Source: Trichoplax adhaerens (Eukaryota > Animalia > Placozoa). Taken from it: 64,000 nucleotides of DNA. The stretch is from positions 496,001 through 560,000 of the forward strand of contig NW_002060965.1 of NCBI RefSeq assembly GCF_000150275.1, read 5' to 3'. The notes under the pieces are model-generated. The model ran no database searches. It was given only the letters and a program-made list of their open reading frames with translations, and had not been told where the DNA came from. A program made the translations under genes and the position numbers. Positions 29,701-52,363 of this stretch are shown here, in pieces. Numbering within the stretch: the stretch's first letter is position 1; each line of letters begins with the position of its first letter.

Positions 29701-31440
29701 TACCGAATATAGTTATCTAAAAATCAAAAAAAAAGAAGAAAGCGAGCAAAAGATAAAGCTGAGGAAGCGGAAGTATATCAGGTTATTACATTGTATTCCA
29801 CCTTATTATCACATCACGGATGGATAAATATTAACATATAACTTTCAGGTCTATTTAGTATGTTTCTGTAATTAAATTACCCTAATTCACTTATTGTACA
29901 TAATTATACAATATGTGTTTAGACCGAACTAGCTTTGGTAAATAACGGAAATGCACTGGAAACTCCAGATGATTTTGATCGATTAGTGATAAGTGAGCCA
30001 AATAATTCGTCAGGATGGTTACAGTACATGGCATATTATCTACAAACCGCAGAAATTGATAAAAGTAGAGACGTAGCTGAACGTGCTTTAAAAACTATAT
30101 CGTTTAGGTATCAAACTTCGGTGTTAGTTATTAGCTTAAATTCATAAATGAATTTTTTACTAAATAAAGAATTGCCTTGCATTATTATTAGAGAATCTCA
30201 GCATCTCCTTAATATATGGATTGCGATGATGAATTTAGAAAATTTATATGGAACGCAAGAAACATTGACAAAAGTTTTCGAGCGAGCGGTACAGCGTAAT
30301 GATCCTAAAGATGTATTTTTTCACTTATCAAGAATTTATATTAGATCAGATAAGCACGAGGTAAGCTAACCTTTACCCTAACCCTAATCTTACCTTGTTA
30401 TTTAAATTGTACTCTTTGACATAATGTCTCAATAATGGCTTTGCCATCTTGCTTGTAGTACCAATCGTTGAAGTAACAAACAATTTTGAAAATTAGCTTT
30501 CAATTAAATATCACGAAAGAACGTTTACGCATATAGTAGCGCACGTAGTGGGTCCTCGGCCGTTGTGTAATAACGATTACCATGTATTGCATAACTTAAT
30601 AGTTATTTAAGCATGCTGTGTGGCAAGTGTTTAATGTGTGCTGTTGATATCTGTAATTAGTTCTAATGTATGTAATCTTTTCAGTTAGCAGATAAGCTTT
30701 TTCAAAACATGATCAAGCGATTCAACACCAGCAAGAAAGTTTGGATTCGGTATGGACAGTTTTTGTTCGAGATTAAGAAATTTGAGGGAGCGCGTAAAAT
30801 TTTACAGAGGAGTTTGAAAAGCTTGCCAAAAAGAAAACGTATGTTTAGATATTGTGATACATTATGGTGTTGTAATTATAAGAAGTAGTGTCGAATGTCG
30901 CAAGTCTACATTGATCGTTTTTATTTAACCATTTTATAGATTTGGATACAATTGTTAAATTTGCTCAGTTTGAATTTAAATATGGAGATCATGCTCGAGG
31001 AGCTACTATTTTCGAAAGTGTTTTATCTAATTACCCTAAACGAACTGACTTATGGTCTGTTTATATTGATATGGTAATCAAAGTTGGTGATATCGAGCAA
31101 GTCAGGTAATAAGGAGTTCTGCAATATAGCGGTTGTGTTATGTAAACTACAAGCAAATGGTAACATAAGTTTACTGTTAAGTTTATGTATGTAAAGCTTA
31201 GACCATGGTTGATCAAGAGCCAAGTTACTAATATTAATTATTTTGAATTTAACTTTGCATTTCCTGAACAGAAAACTATTTGAAAAGGTAGTGAAAATTA
31301 ACCTTTCGTCGAAAAAGATTAAATTTCTCTTCAAGAGGTATATGGAATTTGAAAGTAAATATGGTAACGAAGAAAGTGTTGAACATGTAAAACAATTGGC
31401 AGTTGATTATGTATCTTCACAACTTGAAAAAACTGGCTAA
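20756..31440 (+). CDS. PDCD11: rRNA biogenesis protein RRP5/PDCD11 (tandem S1 domains plus C-terminal HAT/TPR repeats)
   Basis: Starts [19 protein letters not shown]1 segments include [24 protein letters not shown] and DYGCFVEF. The HAT region includes [36 protein letters not shown] and [14 protein letters not shown]. About 47 GT-AG exons were traced in phase to TAA at 31440. Confidence 0.95.
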
Positions 31441-32135
31441 ATTGATTTAATGTACCGTGGACTATAATATTGATAGTTTTCGTATTTCTTTTTTTAACGA
31501 ATAAATCTCAAAGACGTATGACTAGCTCGAAAAGATTTGAACCAATATTCTTAAGCATCTGTTAATATACGCCATAAATTGCATTTTTGTTTAATTTGCT
31601 TAATTAACAACATGATATTTTATCGTTATCACATATTCTTTATCAAAACATTGTGTACTCTCGGAATTGATTTATTACATTAGGACAAACTGTCCTGCTG
31701 CTGACTACTTGCCTTTAGTATGAGTTCTTATTATTAAAAATGATTGCGGTGACTATGGGAATTGTGACTACGTTATTTGCATTGGTCTACTCAAATAAAA
31801 AATTAAGGCGTTACTATACGGTATGATAATGAATTTCAAACATTATGGTGTTTTGATCGATAATGCCTATCATATGAGCTGTGTATGTATTAAAGATGTC
31901 GCATAACATGGCAACAGTGCAACATTATGATCAGTTATATAATATCGGAATATACCATTCATTTTAGCATTACAAATAAACAGAAAGAAAGAATAATCAA
32001 AACTTTCAATCTATCCGTAAACAACGAATCAATGTTATTACGGTATAAAGAATACGAAACAAGCAAATTTAAACTCTTTTTAATTTCTTGGCATCAGTAC
32101 TGCAGTGCCAAAAAATATTAATAACGTCTAATTTA

Positions 32136-36893
<4,758 letters not shown>

Positions 36894-37237
36894 GATGATG
36901 GCGTAGTAGACTATCAATAGCAACGAGACAAGATAACTAGAGTCTGCCTTCGAACTCGTGAAATACTTCTTCTTGCCAGCCCCTTTATACTGTCTAGATG
37001 GTGTGGCTGGTGGTCAACAGGACTCTACTGTCACCAGTATGGACCATTTCCCAACTTTGCATAATCTACGCAGACATTAGTAACTTACTACATCAATTGT
37101 AAGCAATCTTGCCCATTTTGGTCAGGTGATGGTCGCTATCTAAGCTGTTGTCGGTCTCCAAGTGACGGACAAAGAACAAAACAAGACTCGGACAATAGAT
37201 GAAAAGAAAACATGACAAAGGAAAACCCGATCATCTT

Positions 37238-37530
37238 AGTACAGTACTTTGTATGGAAGTTACAGTATGTACTGTACTGGACACTACAGTACAGTACTGT
37301 AGAGTCAGCATCCTTTCCTTGCTACAGTACAGTATAGTACTACAGTATACTGTACTGTACTGTATGCCATGCATGATTTTTTCAAATATAGCATTTAGTA
37401 TAGTTATCCTGCAAGGTAGTAGTTTGATGATGACCCAAAAATCAGTAGTGTACAATACAGTACAGTATATACTATGGAAGCAGGCGGTCGCGCAGGTCAG
37501 AAATCATTCTCCTGATACTGTAGTACGGTA
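37238..37530. repeat. Mixed TACAG/TACTG array upstream of GOT1
   Basis: Dense CAGTA/CTGTA modules about 350-640 bp 5' of the GOT1 ATG. Confidence 0.85.
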
Positions 37531-38447
37531 TCGAATTACAGTCGTAGAGATACTCGTATTATATCTCTACAAACTTAATAGATAGTAAGGGCATCTGTGC
37601 TGTACTCAGTGACCGAGTTATGCAGACTTGATGATACAGTACTAGAAGTAAATGGAGGGTGAACAGAAATAACAGTAGTAGAATTGATACGTAATACAGG
37701 CTTTGAAATCATTGGTACCACAGTACTCCAAAATAAATACTAAATACTACGAGTGTCAAAACCAATGTATATGCCGACTAAGTACTTCCACCCCTATTAC
37801 TGTAGTTGAACGAGTAATCGAAAATGGTATCCGATATCTGCCTTCAGGAGATCCAGCTGATATTGGGCCTATACGTACACCTGCATGCTTACGAAGTCCA
37901 ACAAATATTTCTATACTGGAATACTTATCGGAAGCCTCTTTAGTCGGGGCAAAATCAGTTGCATGCTTTCAAATATACTCTAATGTCATGATTAACTCAT
38001 CTCTGACGCTTATTAGCAATGCAATATGACGTATATCATACAGCCTCGTCGTTGACGTAAGGCGAATGCAGAACTTCACATTCATAGTTAGAAAGTTATA
38101 TCTAAAAACCAATTCATTAAACGCTTTCACAAGATATACCAACACAGCGCCAAAGCACAATATTGCAGTACCTCCAATTGAAAGGTTCTACAATCCATAT
38201 TATTAAGCTTTATGTATATCAACACATTTAAAAAATCTAAAAAACATAAAGAGATATCTCAGACTCTTGCGGTAACTCACAAAAAAATAAATTACGATGA
38301 GCTAACAGCATAACTACTAACGGACGTTATTAATCATCTAATATTACAGAGTTACTGCAATTCTTGACTGTAACATTGACTCGAATAACATAAGAATAGA
38401 ACATATCATGCACTTGCAATGTCCAGTACTTCAAAATATCTATTAAG

Positions 38448-43603
<5,156 letters not shown>

Positions 43604-43769
43604 TTTCGATGTTAATTTTTTTTTCTTTCGTTCAAGAACTTCTACAGCGCCTCCTTGCTTGGACTGGACTCACACACTAGCGAACCGATTTTCTGTTATC
43701 AACTACGAATCCTACGTAGAGAGAAAGTCACTGGACAATACACAAGTCGTTGCCTTTATACGCTATTGA

Positions 43770-44645
43770 ATACAGTACATGTGTACATCCAAGTCATCGA
43801 ACCGTACCGTTCTGACTGTCAGCTATCAACCTGCTACAGTGCTACCTGCCTGCCTGCATGTACTGTACACAAACTACTGTACATAAAGGTGGCCTGATTT
43901 TTTAGGCGGACATCACCCACGGACAGCACCTCCTGTTGAATTAATTAACTAACTTGAAACAAAGCAACGTTGTCAGGTTCTATTATTTTACGCGTCTCGC
44001 TACGTGCCATTCATTTCCAGTACTGCACACTGTACTGAACTGTACAGTGTACAGTATCGTACCGTACTGTACAGTACTATACTGTACTGTACAGTATACA
44101 GTACAGTACTGTAGTTGTGCACTACAGTACAGTACTAGTAATAACTAGTAATTTCTACAAGTCCAGGGTACAGCGTACTGTAGTCAAAGATAAAATATAA
44201 ATATTTATTTTACCTTAGCCTCAATTTTTTGAACGCGAGGCTTAGTAATGCATGGTACACCATTTTTTTTCAACTCAGGGATATCTCCAGGGCCTTATTG
44301 ATAAAAGATCTTTTCTCTTCCTCTATTACTATCAAAAAGTCCTTGATTGTCTAGGGAAAGACTGGTGGCCGTTGATGCTCTTACAGGCATTGATGAGACA
44401 AAAAGATCTGTATACTGTACTGTACTGTACAAAGCACGCATGGGCAATGCCACCAATTGTTTGTACTGTACACTGTACTGTACACATTGCACTGTACGAG
44501 ATGGTGGCACCTAGACCTGACTGGCACCAACTTACTGTACCGTACTGTATATTTTGAAATCCAAACCCCTAACGGCCTAGCCTAGGCTAGTATGAACTAC
44601 CAAATGAATGTTACATTGCAGTACTGTACAGTGTACAGTACTGTA
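43770..44645. repeat. Mixed TACAG/TACTG arrays upstream of GLUD1
   Basis: Densest at 44019-44137, with further patches at 44410-44486 and 44620-44646. Confidence 0.85.
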
Positions 44646-44696
44646 TATCGGCCTAGCTTACAGCATTTTAAAATCCAAAAATAATGTAGTTCGCAC

Positions 44697-44835
44697 TACA
44701 GTGGTGTGCATCGAATTCGATCCCTTCCATTTTTTCTAGAGTAAAAGCTGTTCAAATTGATAATGTAAGAAATTTCAATTTGAACAGCTTTTACTGTAGA
44801 GAAAATGGAACGAATCGAATTGGATGTCCTGCACA
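44697..44835. mobile_element. Fold-back (MITE-like) hairpin element
   Basis: Arms 44709-44760 and 44775-44826 are inverted repeats matching at 47 of 52 positions, with a 14-nt loop. The left flank begins TA-CAGTG. Confidence 0.6.
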
Positions 44836-46149
44836 TTAAGTGTACAGTTTACTGCACACTACACCAGGGTAGACGTTTTAACGGGACGGACAGGTGAAGG
44901 ACGTATCTGCAGTGGCGACATCACAGTTTATACAGTAAACAGCATCGAAAATTAGCAACGAAATCATTTAATACGGTATAATACATGCTTTGGCCTGATC
45001 AACATGCAAGCCAAAATGAGTGCTCTGCGATGACTTAGTATGCTCCTTAAACCCCAGCTCTTTCTTTAGCCAATTTACTCTCACTGTATACGTAGTGTAC
45101 TGTGTAGGCTTACAGCATTCAATAACGTGAAGATTGAAGAGAGTAACTGTATACAATAATACTCTTATTGCATTTCATATACTGTACAGTACTTCAATAT
45201 TTGACCACTGTACAGCATCAAATTCGTCAGGACTCTCCACATCGTGCCTACATATATGGTCAGATAAGCAAGAATAAAACGATAGTCTTGCGCCTAGTGT
45301 CCAATTTTCGCCGTTTATGATTATGAAGCCCTTTCCTAAAATCATTCTTATAACCATTCCAGTCATGCGTGATAATATACTCGTATAGCTAATGCATTCA
45401 TCCATCATGATATTCATACTGAATATCACAGATTACGTCCACGTAGCGCATACGTATTAATACTCAATTTTGCACTTTTTCGTTGAAAAAGTGTGATTTA
45501 CAACAGTTCTAACGCAATATCAATTGACTGTCTCATTACAGAATAACAATACCATTTGATTATAAATATTCTTTATAGTCAATGACGTCGGGACAGTAAG
45601 AGTACATTCGAACATATATACGAGTAAATATATACAATAAATTACATTGCGAAGTCCAACAAAAATGTTACAGCCCGTACAGCCAATGTTGATAGAAATA
45701 AGGAGTAAATTAGTCATGATTACGACCAGTCTCTTTCAAACTATACATTTGATCAACTACTATAGTAGGATTTGTAAGGAAGATGCTGAAACGTAAACTT
45801 CGCATGTCGCATTGAAAAGTCTTACTGTACATCCTAGCATTCTTAACAAACTACCGGTAAATAGCACCAATCTGTAGGCACTGAGTCATAATCCATACTA
45901 ACTCATATGGAGATGTTGTCTACTGTTAAGAAAGCATAAGCCGAAAAGTCAATCATACAGTACAAAATATTTCCTGTAAATATAAGTACATACGTAATAC
46001 TTATCCTTGCTTACTATTTCATGGGTAAAGGCATAAAATACTATGTTACTTATGAAGAGAATAATGTTGTTACCATTCGAATATAATTGTGATAAATACT
46101 CTGAAATTTAAAAAGGCGAATATCACAATCTAAGTATCAGCTAGAAAAC

Positions 46150-49100
46150 TTAAGGGAGTCGATGAGTTTCCCGCCGCCATTCACCAGTGTCATAGTTCAT
46201 TACAAAAACTGATTTACACGGTACAACTTCTTCCTTCCCGTTTTCATCTACAACCTTGTCATCATGAATACCCAACAAAATTTCAACTATGGCACCTTTC
46301 GATGGATTAGGATTATCTATCAAAAACGGCATTAAATAGATTCGTAAAGTCAATATAGCTAGATTCAATCGTAAAACCTTTTCACCTAAGGAAGCAATAG
46401 CATGCTTCTCACTCTTACTTTTAGGCTAAAACTATGATCTCTACGCTTTAACTGTCATGATAATTATACAATTTCAAAAAAATTCTACGATCATAAAGTA
46501 TTTGCATAACTAACTTCGCATTCCAACGATAAACTGTAAAATTTGCGCTTTTTCCTCGAATGACACTCGATTTCCATATTGGCGAAACATGTTATTAAAT
46601 TCAACCAGTTGTGCCCTCTGTCAAAGATAGATCGACAATAACTTATTCTTAAACCAACATTAAAAGATATTGGCACAGATCATAACTTTGAAAACCTTAC
46701 CGACATGCAAAATTGTTTATTAGATTCAGATGATGCCTTCGTAGGAGTTTTGTCATTCGACTCTTCGTTGTCGACCTTGTCCTTCGTAGCGATAATTTTT
46801 GAAGTTACGCTTGATAAAGTAGGCGTTGTAGATCCTGTTGGTGCCGCCGTTACTGCAGTTGTTACAGGTGAAAGTGCTTTGGGCTCTTTTACACTAGTTG
46901 CAGTAGTTACAGCTGATGTTGCATCTAGCCACGAAATATTAGCTTGCTTTTAATAAGTATGTAGTAATTGCAGGTGGCATAATTAAAATTTTACTTTAGG
47001 CTCGTACAATTATACATACTACATTATTACAAACCTCGCTTCCGTTGCGCTTTGGTAGACCGATTTTGACTGTCATGCAAAATCAAATACACAAATCGTC
47101 AGTTATTTCAAGCTTCTCTATACAATATTTGTCAAAAATAGTGATAAAGCACGTACTTTATGCAAATAAACTAACTAATTGAGGTATAAAACGGATTAAA
47201 ATAATCAACATCGTCTATCTCCACTTTCATGGTAAAGAGACTAATACATCAACTCATAGCAACATAATGGTGAGCAGACTCAAAAATTATTACCCTTTAC
47301 TGCTCTTGGTATTGGAGGGAGTTTTGTCTGATTGTTTTTTTGTAGAACTTTGTTTACTTGAAGATTTGCCTGTTGAGGTTTTATCTCCTTTATCGACAGA
47401 GTGCTTTTCTGTTTTATGCTCATCTTCATTTAGCTTGGTCAACGGTGAAGTTACAGTTGGTGATGCTACATTAGTAGTCATTGCACTATCCTTTGTGTCA
47501 TCAAGCTCGGTGCCCTTCTTTGCTGAACGAGATTTAGCATATAGGGTGGATTCTGATGTACCGGTTGCTTCATCCACCGGTAACTTAATACTAGACGCAT
47601 AGTTTAAGATGTTGCTGGGGGTAGTTGGCGATTTAGGTTGTTCGGTTTTCTTGACTTTAGCAGGGGGATTATCTTTATTATCTTCTACGCAAAGATTGTT
47701 AAGCAATAGTAACCATCAAATCAAAGTAAATCTTGAAATCAACTCAAATAGATTCAATACAATTACTAAATTTTATGGTAGTTACCTACGCCCGTAGTAA
47801 ACTAGTCATTTTAAGATTTACGTCTAAAATATGTAATTTCGAAAGCCTGACGTTAACAATCATGGATCATCGTTACAGTATTTACCAGTTTGCTTTTTCT
47901 TACGCTTTGCTTCACGGCTTGCACTGCGCGGCTGATCTTCAATTTCAAGTAGCTATACAACAGTGAAATTCAATAACCACTAATGTAAATGTGCTGTACA
48001 TCCTTGTATACTTTTAATTTTAAACCTCAAAAGTGTTCATTACCTTTGTACTCCTGACATTTGTTGGTGTGCGTAAGCCTCTATTGTAAGTTGGTAAGTT
48101 TCTACCGGCAATAGTTGGAGTACTGTTACGTGCGATAAAGCCGGCATTAGCAGAAGAACTTGCGGCAGAAGGACGTCGATTGCCTATCGTAGGCAAAGCT
48201 AATAACGTATAAAAGCATTCATTGTAAATATAATTACTTCAAATAAAGCAAGCTATCTTAGATCTAAATACGATTGTACCATACTACACTAGTCTATTTC
48301 TAGTAATAAGGTGGAGAGCATCAAGTTAAAGGTTCAATGTAGCAAAGCAGTTAACATCTTTAATAATTCGTGTCAAAAACATGTACATACGTGTTGAAGG
48401 TTCGATTTTATTAAACCTTTCCTGCTTTGCTTGTCCACTCTGAGTTATACCTAATAGCAATAACGTAACCCACAGTTAGCGACATATTTTGTCGTCTACA
48501 ATGTTATGATAATATTCCAGTAAACAGGATCATTTAAGCAACTCTAGTCGATTAAGGACACAAGGCTAAGCATTGATGTTGTACAGTATCTTAACGAGAT
48601 AATTTGGTTACAGCAGATGTAGAAATTTCGAAGATTTGATACTTACTCTTTTCTATTAACATTGCTCTCAATTCGGCTGATTTTGGCTTTCTTTTTAACG
48701 TAAAATGTTTGGTCACGTTTGGTAGCTTACCATATAGATTATTCAGGACCGTACTGTTTATATATGACGCTTCAAGAGGCATTTGCTCGAGGCTAGGTGA
48801 CATTGTATCTGATGCTTTCTTAGCTGCAGCATAAGAATAATAATAAGAACAATGTTGTTATTGCATAGCATGCCATGATTAGGATTAATCTACAAACACT
48901 TCTAGTACGTATATCATCTTTCCTTGAAACTAAGATGGCTTCTACCTTTGTCATCAACCTCGTCTTTTCAGTAATTTGTAATACTAGTAGAGAAATACTG
49001 TACACAAATAGTTTATTGTACTACTACTCTAATGGTTGTAAAATGCATGTAAATTGCAGTTTGCGATTCGTCTTGATACTGTATTTTAACTTATCTACAC

Positions 49101-49867
49101 CGACAATTGCGTCAAGTTAAGGAGACTAATAGGAATTCAGAGAAATAGGACTGCTGATGCTTTTATTAAAGAACAATTTGAACTAGTTGGTTGGGATTAC
49201 GCTGCAAATCTCCTGATTACATTTATGGAGCTATTTTGTGAAATACACATCCTTTTGAGAACAGAAAGAGGAAAGGAGGGATCATCATCTTCACTACAGT
49301 ACAGTATGTATGAGCAGTACATACACTAACTATCACTAAGTGGTTGCCTTCACAAGTCTACACATATGAGGTTATCCTATCATTTTTGGGTATGCAATGG
49401 TCAAGGATGGCGATCTACATAACGCTAACTCACTACAGAATAAGAGATCGCTCAGGAGAAATGTCACTCCAGTTCAACTGTCTAAATACTATCGTACCTG
49501 CTTCGGTGACACTGGTGAAGAAATCAGCTAAATATTGGTTGGCATTCTTTAATGAATCTAAGTAATCAGGAGAATACAATGTAACCATAATTCTAGCTAT
49601 TGTCGACGTCCATTGATCACGATCCACGACGGCTTGTTGAAGAATTTCGCTCAACTCTTGAGAGAATTCTTCAATTTGCGCATGGCTTAAATGGAATAGC
49701 GACAGGATCAAGCGTAACTTGACTTGCGCTTCCATCGTATGAAATGCATCTTTAATATTGGCTAATACTTCACGATCTAGCATCATGGCAGCACTTTTAC
49801 TACACCAGTTATCTGAGCCAGAGAGTCTATTCTGTAACCACATTAAACTTGACTGATAGACCGACAT
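46150..49867 (-). CDS. NELFA: Negative elongation factor A
   Basis: N-terminus WLQNRL..DNW..QVKLRLILSLFHL; then MPLEASYIN..KHFTLKRKPKSAELRA; a Ser/Thr/Lys-rich linker; C-terminus NNMFRQYGNRVSFEEKAQILQFIVG..NPNP..VFVMNYDTGEW. Linker exons were only partly traced. Confidence 0.9.
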
Positions 49868-51157
49868 TTTGATAGAGTGAATTGGTCGATGGAACTTGCA
49901 ACTTTTGAGATCAATCAATCGGCGTACGCCAAGAAGCAAGAGATTGGAAAGATTGAAGAGTTCCACACAAAGCCAGTGTACACTGTACAGTATTACTGCA
50001 TTACGCTATATGCTGTACTGTAGATCATTTAAGGTATTAAACCGAACCTTACCTTTCTCAGGTCTACAGTACATATTACTGTACCCTACAATACAGGGTA
50101 CTGTACACTGTACGTACAGGACTGTACTGTACTGTATTAAACCGCACCGAACCTTACTCAGGTCTACAGTACATATTACTGTACGTACAGGACAGTACTG
50201 TACAGTACTGTACAGTACAGTACACTGTGCAGTACAGTACTTAGTGTGCTGCATTACACTATACTGTATACTGTAGATCATAAAGGTATTAAACCGAACC
50301 GAACCTTACTCAGGTCTACAGTACATATTACTGTACACTGTACAGGACTGTACTGTACACTGTGCAGTACTTAGTATGCTGTGGAAATGCCGGTGTGACG
50401 AGTGTAAACTGGTGTAAACTGTGTCAATATTGATTGATGGGGTGTGAATGAAGTGCATTGTACTGTAGTTACAGTCATGGACTACTAGCAAAGAACCGGT
50501 TCTGTTCTTTGCTAGTAGTCTACGTCACAGTTGGATGTGGCAAGCTACGTTACTCTACTGTGCTCTATAGTTTTACAGTATAACTGCTGTGTTTAGGTAG
50601 TGCTTTCTCACTTTTTTGCATTGCATGAAAACGTTTTTAAATTGGACGATTTTGTCATAATTACTTCCAGTTCAGTATAGTTTGTCATACGACTTCAAGG
50701 AGAAAAATTCAATTCAATTTGGGAATTTTCTATTTATTTATACAGTACCAGTGTACACTGTACAGTACTGTATACTAAAATGTACTGTCGACGAAAACAT
50801 GGGTTTGACCTTGTGTCATGCGTTGTGTCTACAGTATGTGTACTGTACAGGCTATAGTGTGAACTACTGTATCGTACAGTAGAAAAATGCAAGATGCAGT
50901 AACGACATGTACTGTACACTGTACCGTACTGTACAGTGTACAGTGTACAATGCTCATTGAACAGACCAGTACCTTAGTGTACTGTACACTGTAGAGTTCT
51001 AGTCAAACAACTCAATTACTGTACATATAAAGTAGTTGGACGGTCGAGAGAGATCTTCTGATAGTCATGAACGTCTAGTCTTGGACGCTTTTGGAAAATG
51101 GAGATAGATATTGATGACAGTTGAGTGATTGCTACCATCCTTTTGGAGTAATTGAAA
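49868..51157. promoter_or_regulatory. Probable bidirectional promoter region
   Basis: Head-to-head ATGs of NELFA (49867, -) and the GT31 gene (51158, +) lie 1.3 kb apart. Inferred from geometry only. Confidence 0.5.
49975..51025. repeat. Largest TACAG/TACTG array, including a triplicated ~50-130 bp unit, between divergent NELFA and GT31 genes
   Basis: The core TATTAAACCG..AACCTTAC..TCAGGTCTACAGTACATATTACTGTAC occurs at ~50035, 50135 and 50287, embedded in pentamer modules. Confidence 0.9.
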
Positions 51158-52363
51158 ATGTTAAGACAATTACTCACTGGTTCACCCAATAGACATAAGA
51201 TATTGATAGCATCGGTCGTCTTTTTCAGTATTTTATCGCTGACTTCCTTCTTTTTGTATGTGCGACGATATCAAATCCGATATTGTCATGATGGTAATTA
51301 TGATGAAAGCAGCGGAGCTTGCAAGAGATCGGTCATTAATGAACCTGAGCCCATTGTCAAAGAGATTATTCTATTACGCGGTCATAAGAAAGTTGGATAT
51401 AATGAAGAGGATCAATTTGATAAAGGCCCAAATAATCGCTATTTTGGCAGTGATGCTAAATGGTTTCTTGATTTACATATGAGGCAGGCAGTTCCAACTG
51501 CTACATCTTGTCGAAAGAACGTTGCAGTGGTGGTCATGATTCACAGTCATGTGAAGCATTTCATTCGACGAAAGGCTATTCGAAATTCTTGGGGTAATAC
51601 TAGTACGATACCATTTCCTATTGGTAGGATGCAAAAATCCAGTTGGAGAGTTTTATTTATTCTTGGACTCTCTTTTAATGCGACTGAAGATCAATTAGTT
51701 CGGCAAGAAGCCAAACGTCATGGTGATATGATCTTACTCGACATCTATGAAGAACGAGAATCGACCACATTAAAGACACTCTTAGCCATGTACTGGTTCT
51801 TTGTTCAATGCCCTTCGACCACATTCTATTTAAAATGTCAAGATGACGTCTTTATCAATCCTTACAGCTTAATCAGGTATATCATCTATTTAACAACTGG
51901 TAAAATGACTCGCGGCGTCTATGCCGGCCAGGTGTCACCAAGTGGTTTAACACCCCGTACCGATCACGGTGAAACGCTAGCTGTTTTAGCCAAGGAATAT
52001 CCAGATGTCTATATACCGGATTATTGTTTAGGATTTGCCTATCTTATGAGTAGGGATGTTGTGTCTACACTACTTCAAACTGTCGAGCACGTTCAAATGA
52101 TTACAACTGCTGATGATATTTATATTGGTGTACTAGCATTCAAAGCGAATATACGTCCACGACACTATCCTCACTTAATTCATACCTTTAATTTAGAAAG
52201 AAAAGTTGTGTACAAAATTAGTATTCGAGCATTAAGTGAGCGTATTGTCGAGCATGGTATTATTAATCATAAAGTTCAATTGATGCTACTCAATGCAGTT
52301 AAAGGTCGATTAGGCAGAAAGTGGAAAATACCTCGATCTCCTCAGCCCAGAGCCTACAAGTGA
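51158..52363 (+). CDS. Intronless GT31-family beta-1,3-glycosyltransferase (B3GALT/B3GNT-like, type II membrane)
   Basis: N-terminal TM, then RRKAIRNSWG, EAKRHGDMIL, TLKTL, FYLKCQDDVFIN, YIPDYCLGFAYLMS and DDIYIG. Confidence 0.9.
   Translation: MLRQLLTGSPNRHKILIASVVFFSILSLTSFFLYVRRYQIRYCHDGNYDESSGACKRSVINEPEPIVKEIILLRGHKKVGYNEEDQFDKGPNNRYFGSDAKWFLDLHMRQAVPTATSCRKNVAVVVMIHSHVKHFIRRKAIRNSWGNTSTIPFPIGRMQKSSWRVLFILGLSFNATEDQLVRQEAKRHGDMILLDIYEERESTTLKTLLAMYWFFVQCPSTTFYLKCQDDVFINPYSLIRYIIYLTTGKMTRGVYAGQVSPSGLTPRTDHGETLAVLAKEYPDVYIPDYCLGFAYLMSRDVVSTLLQTVEHVQMITTADDIYIGVLAFKANIRPRHYPHLIHTFNLERKVVYKISIRALSERIVEHGIINHKVQLMLLNAVKGRLGRKWKIPRSPQPRAYK

Noticed and set aside
30376-30387. CCCTAACCCTAA telomere-like repeat in an RRP5 intron
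   Set aside because: Only two units; expected by chance.
46386-46425. AG/GT-bounded segment in the last NELFA intron
   Set aside because: The flanking exons already join in phase and match the family. Inclusion gives an immediate stop, and there is no evidence it is used.
50016-50340. Repeat-spacer-like pattern resembling a CRISPR array
   Set aside because: Eukaryotic context, only three units, 'spacers' related to each other, and no cas genes.
49896-50919. Short ORFs rich in YSTVQYCTV (also at 19277, 37199, 43954 and 58767)
   Set aside because: These are translations of the TACAG/TACTG arrays, which are poor in stop codons; they are not proteins.
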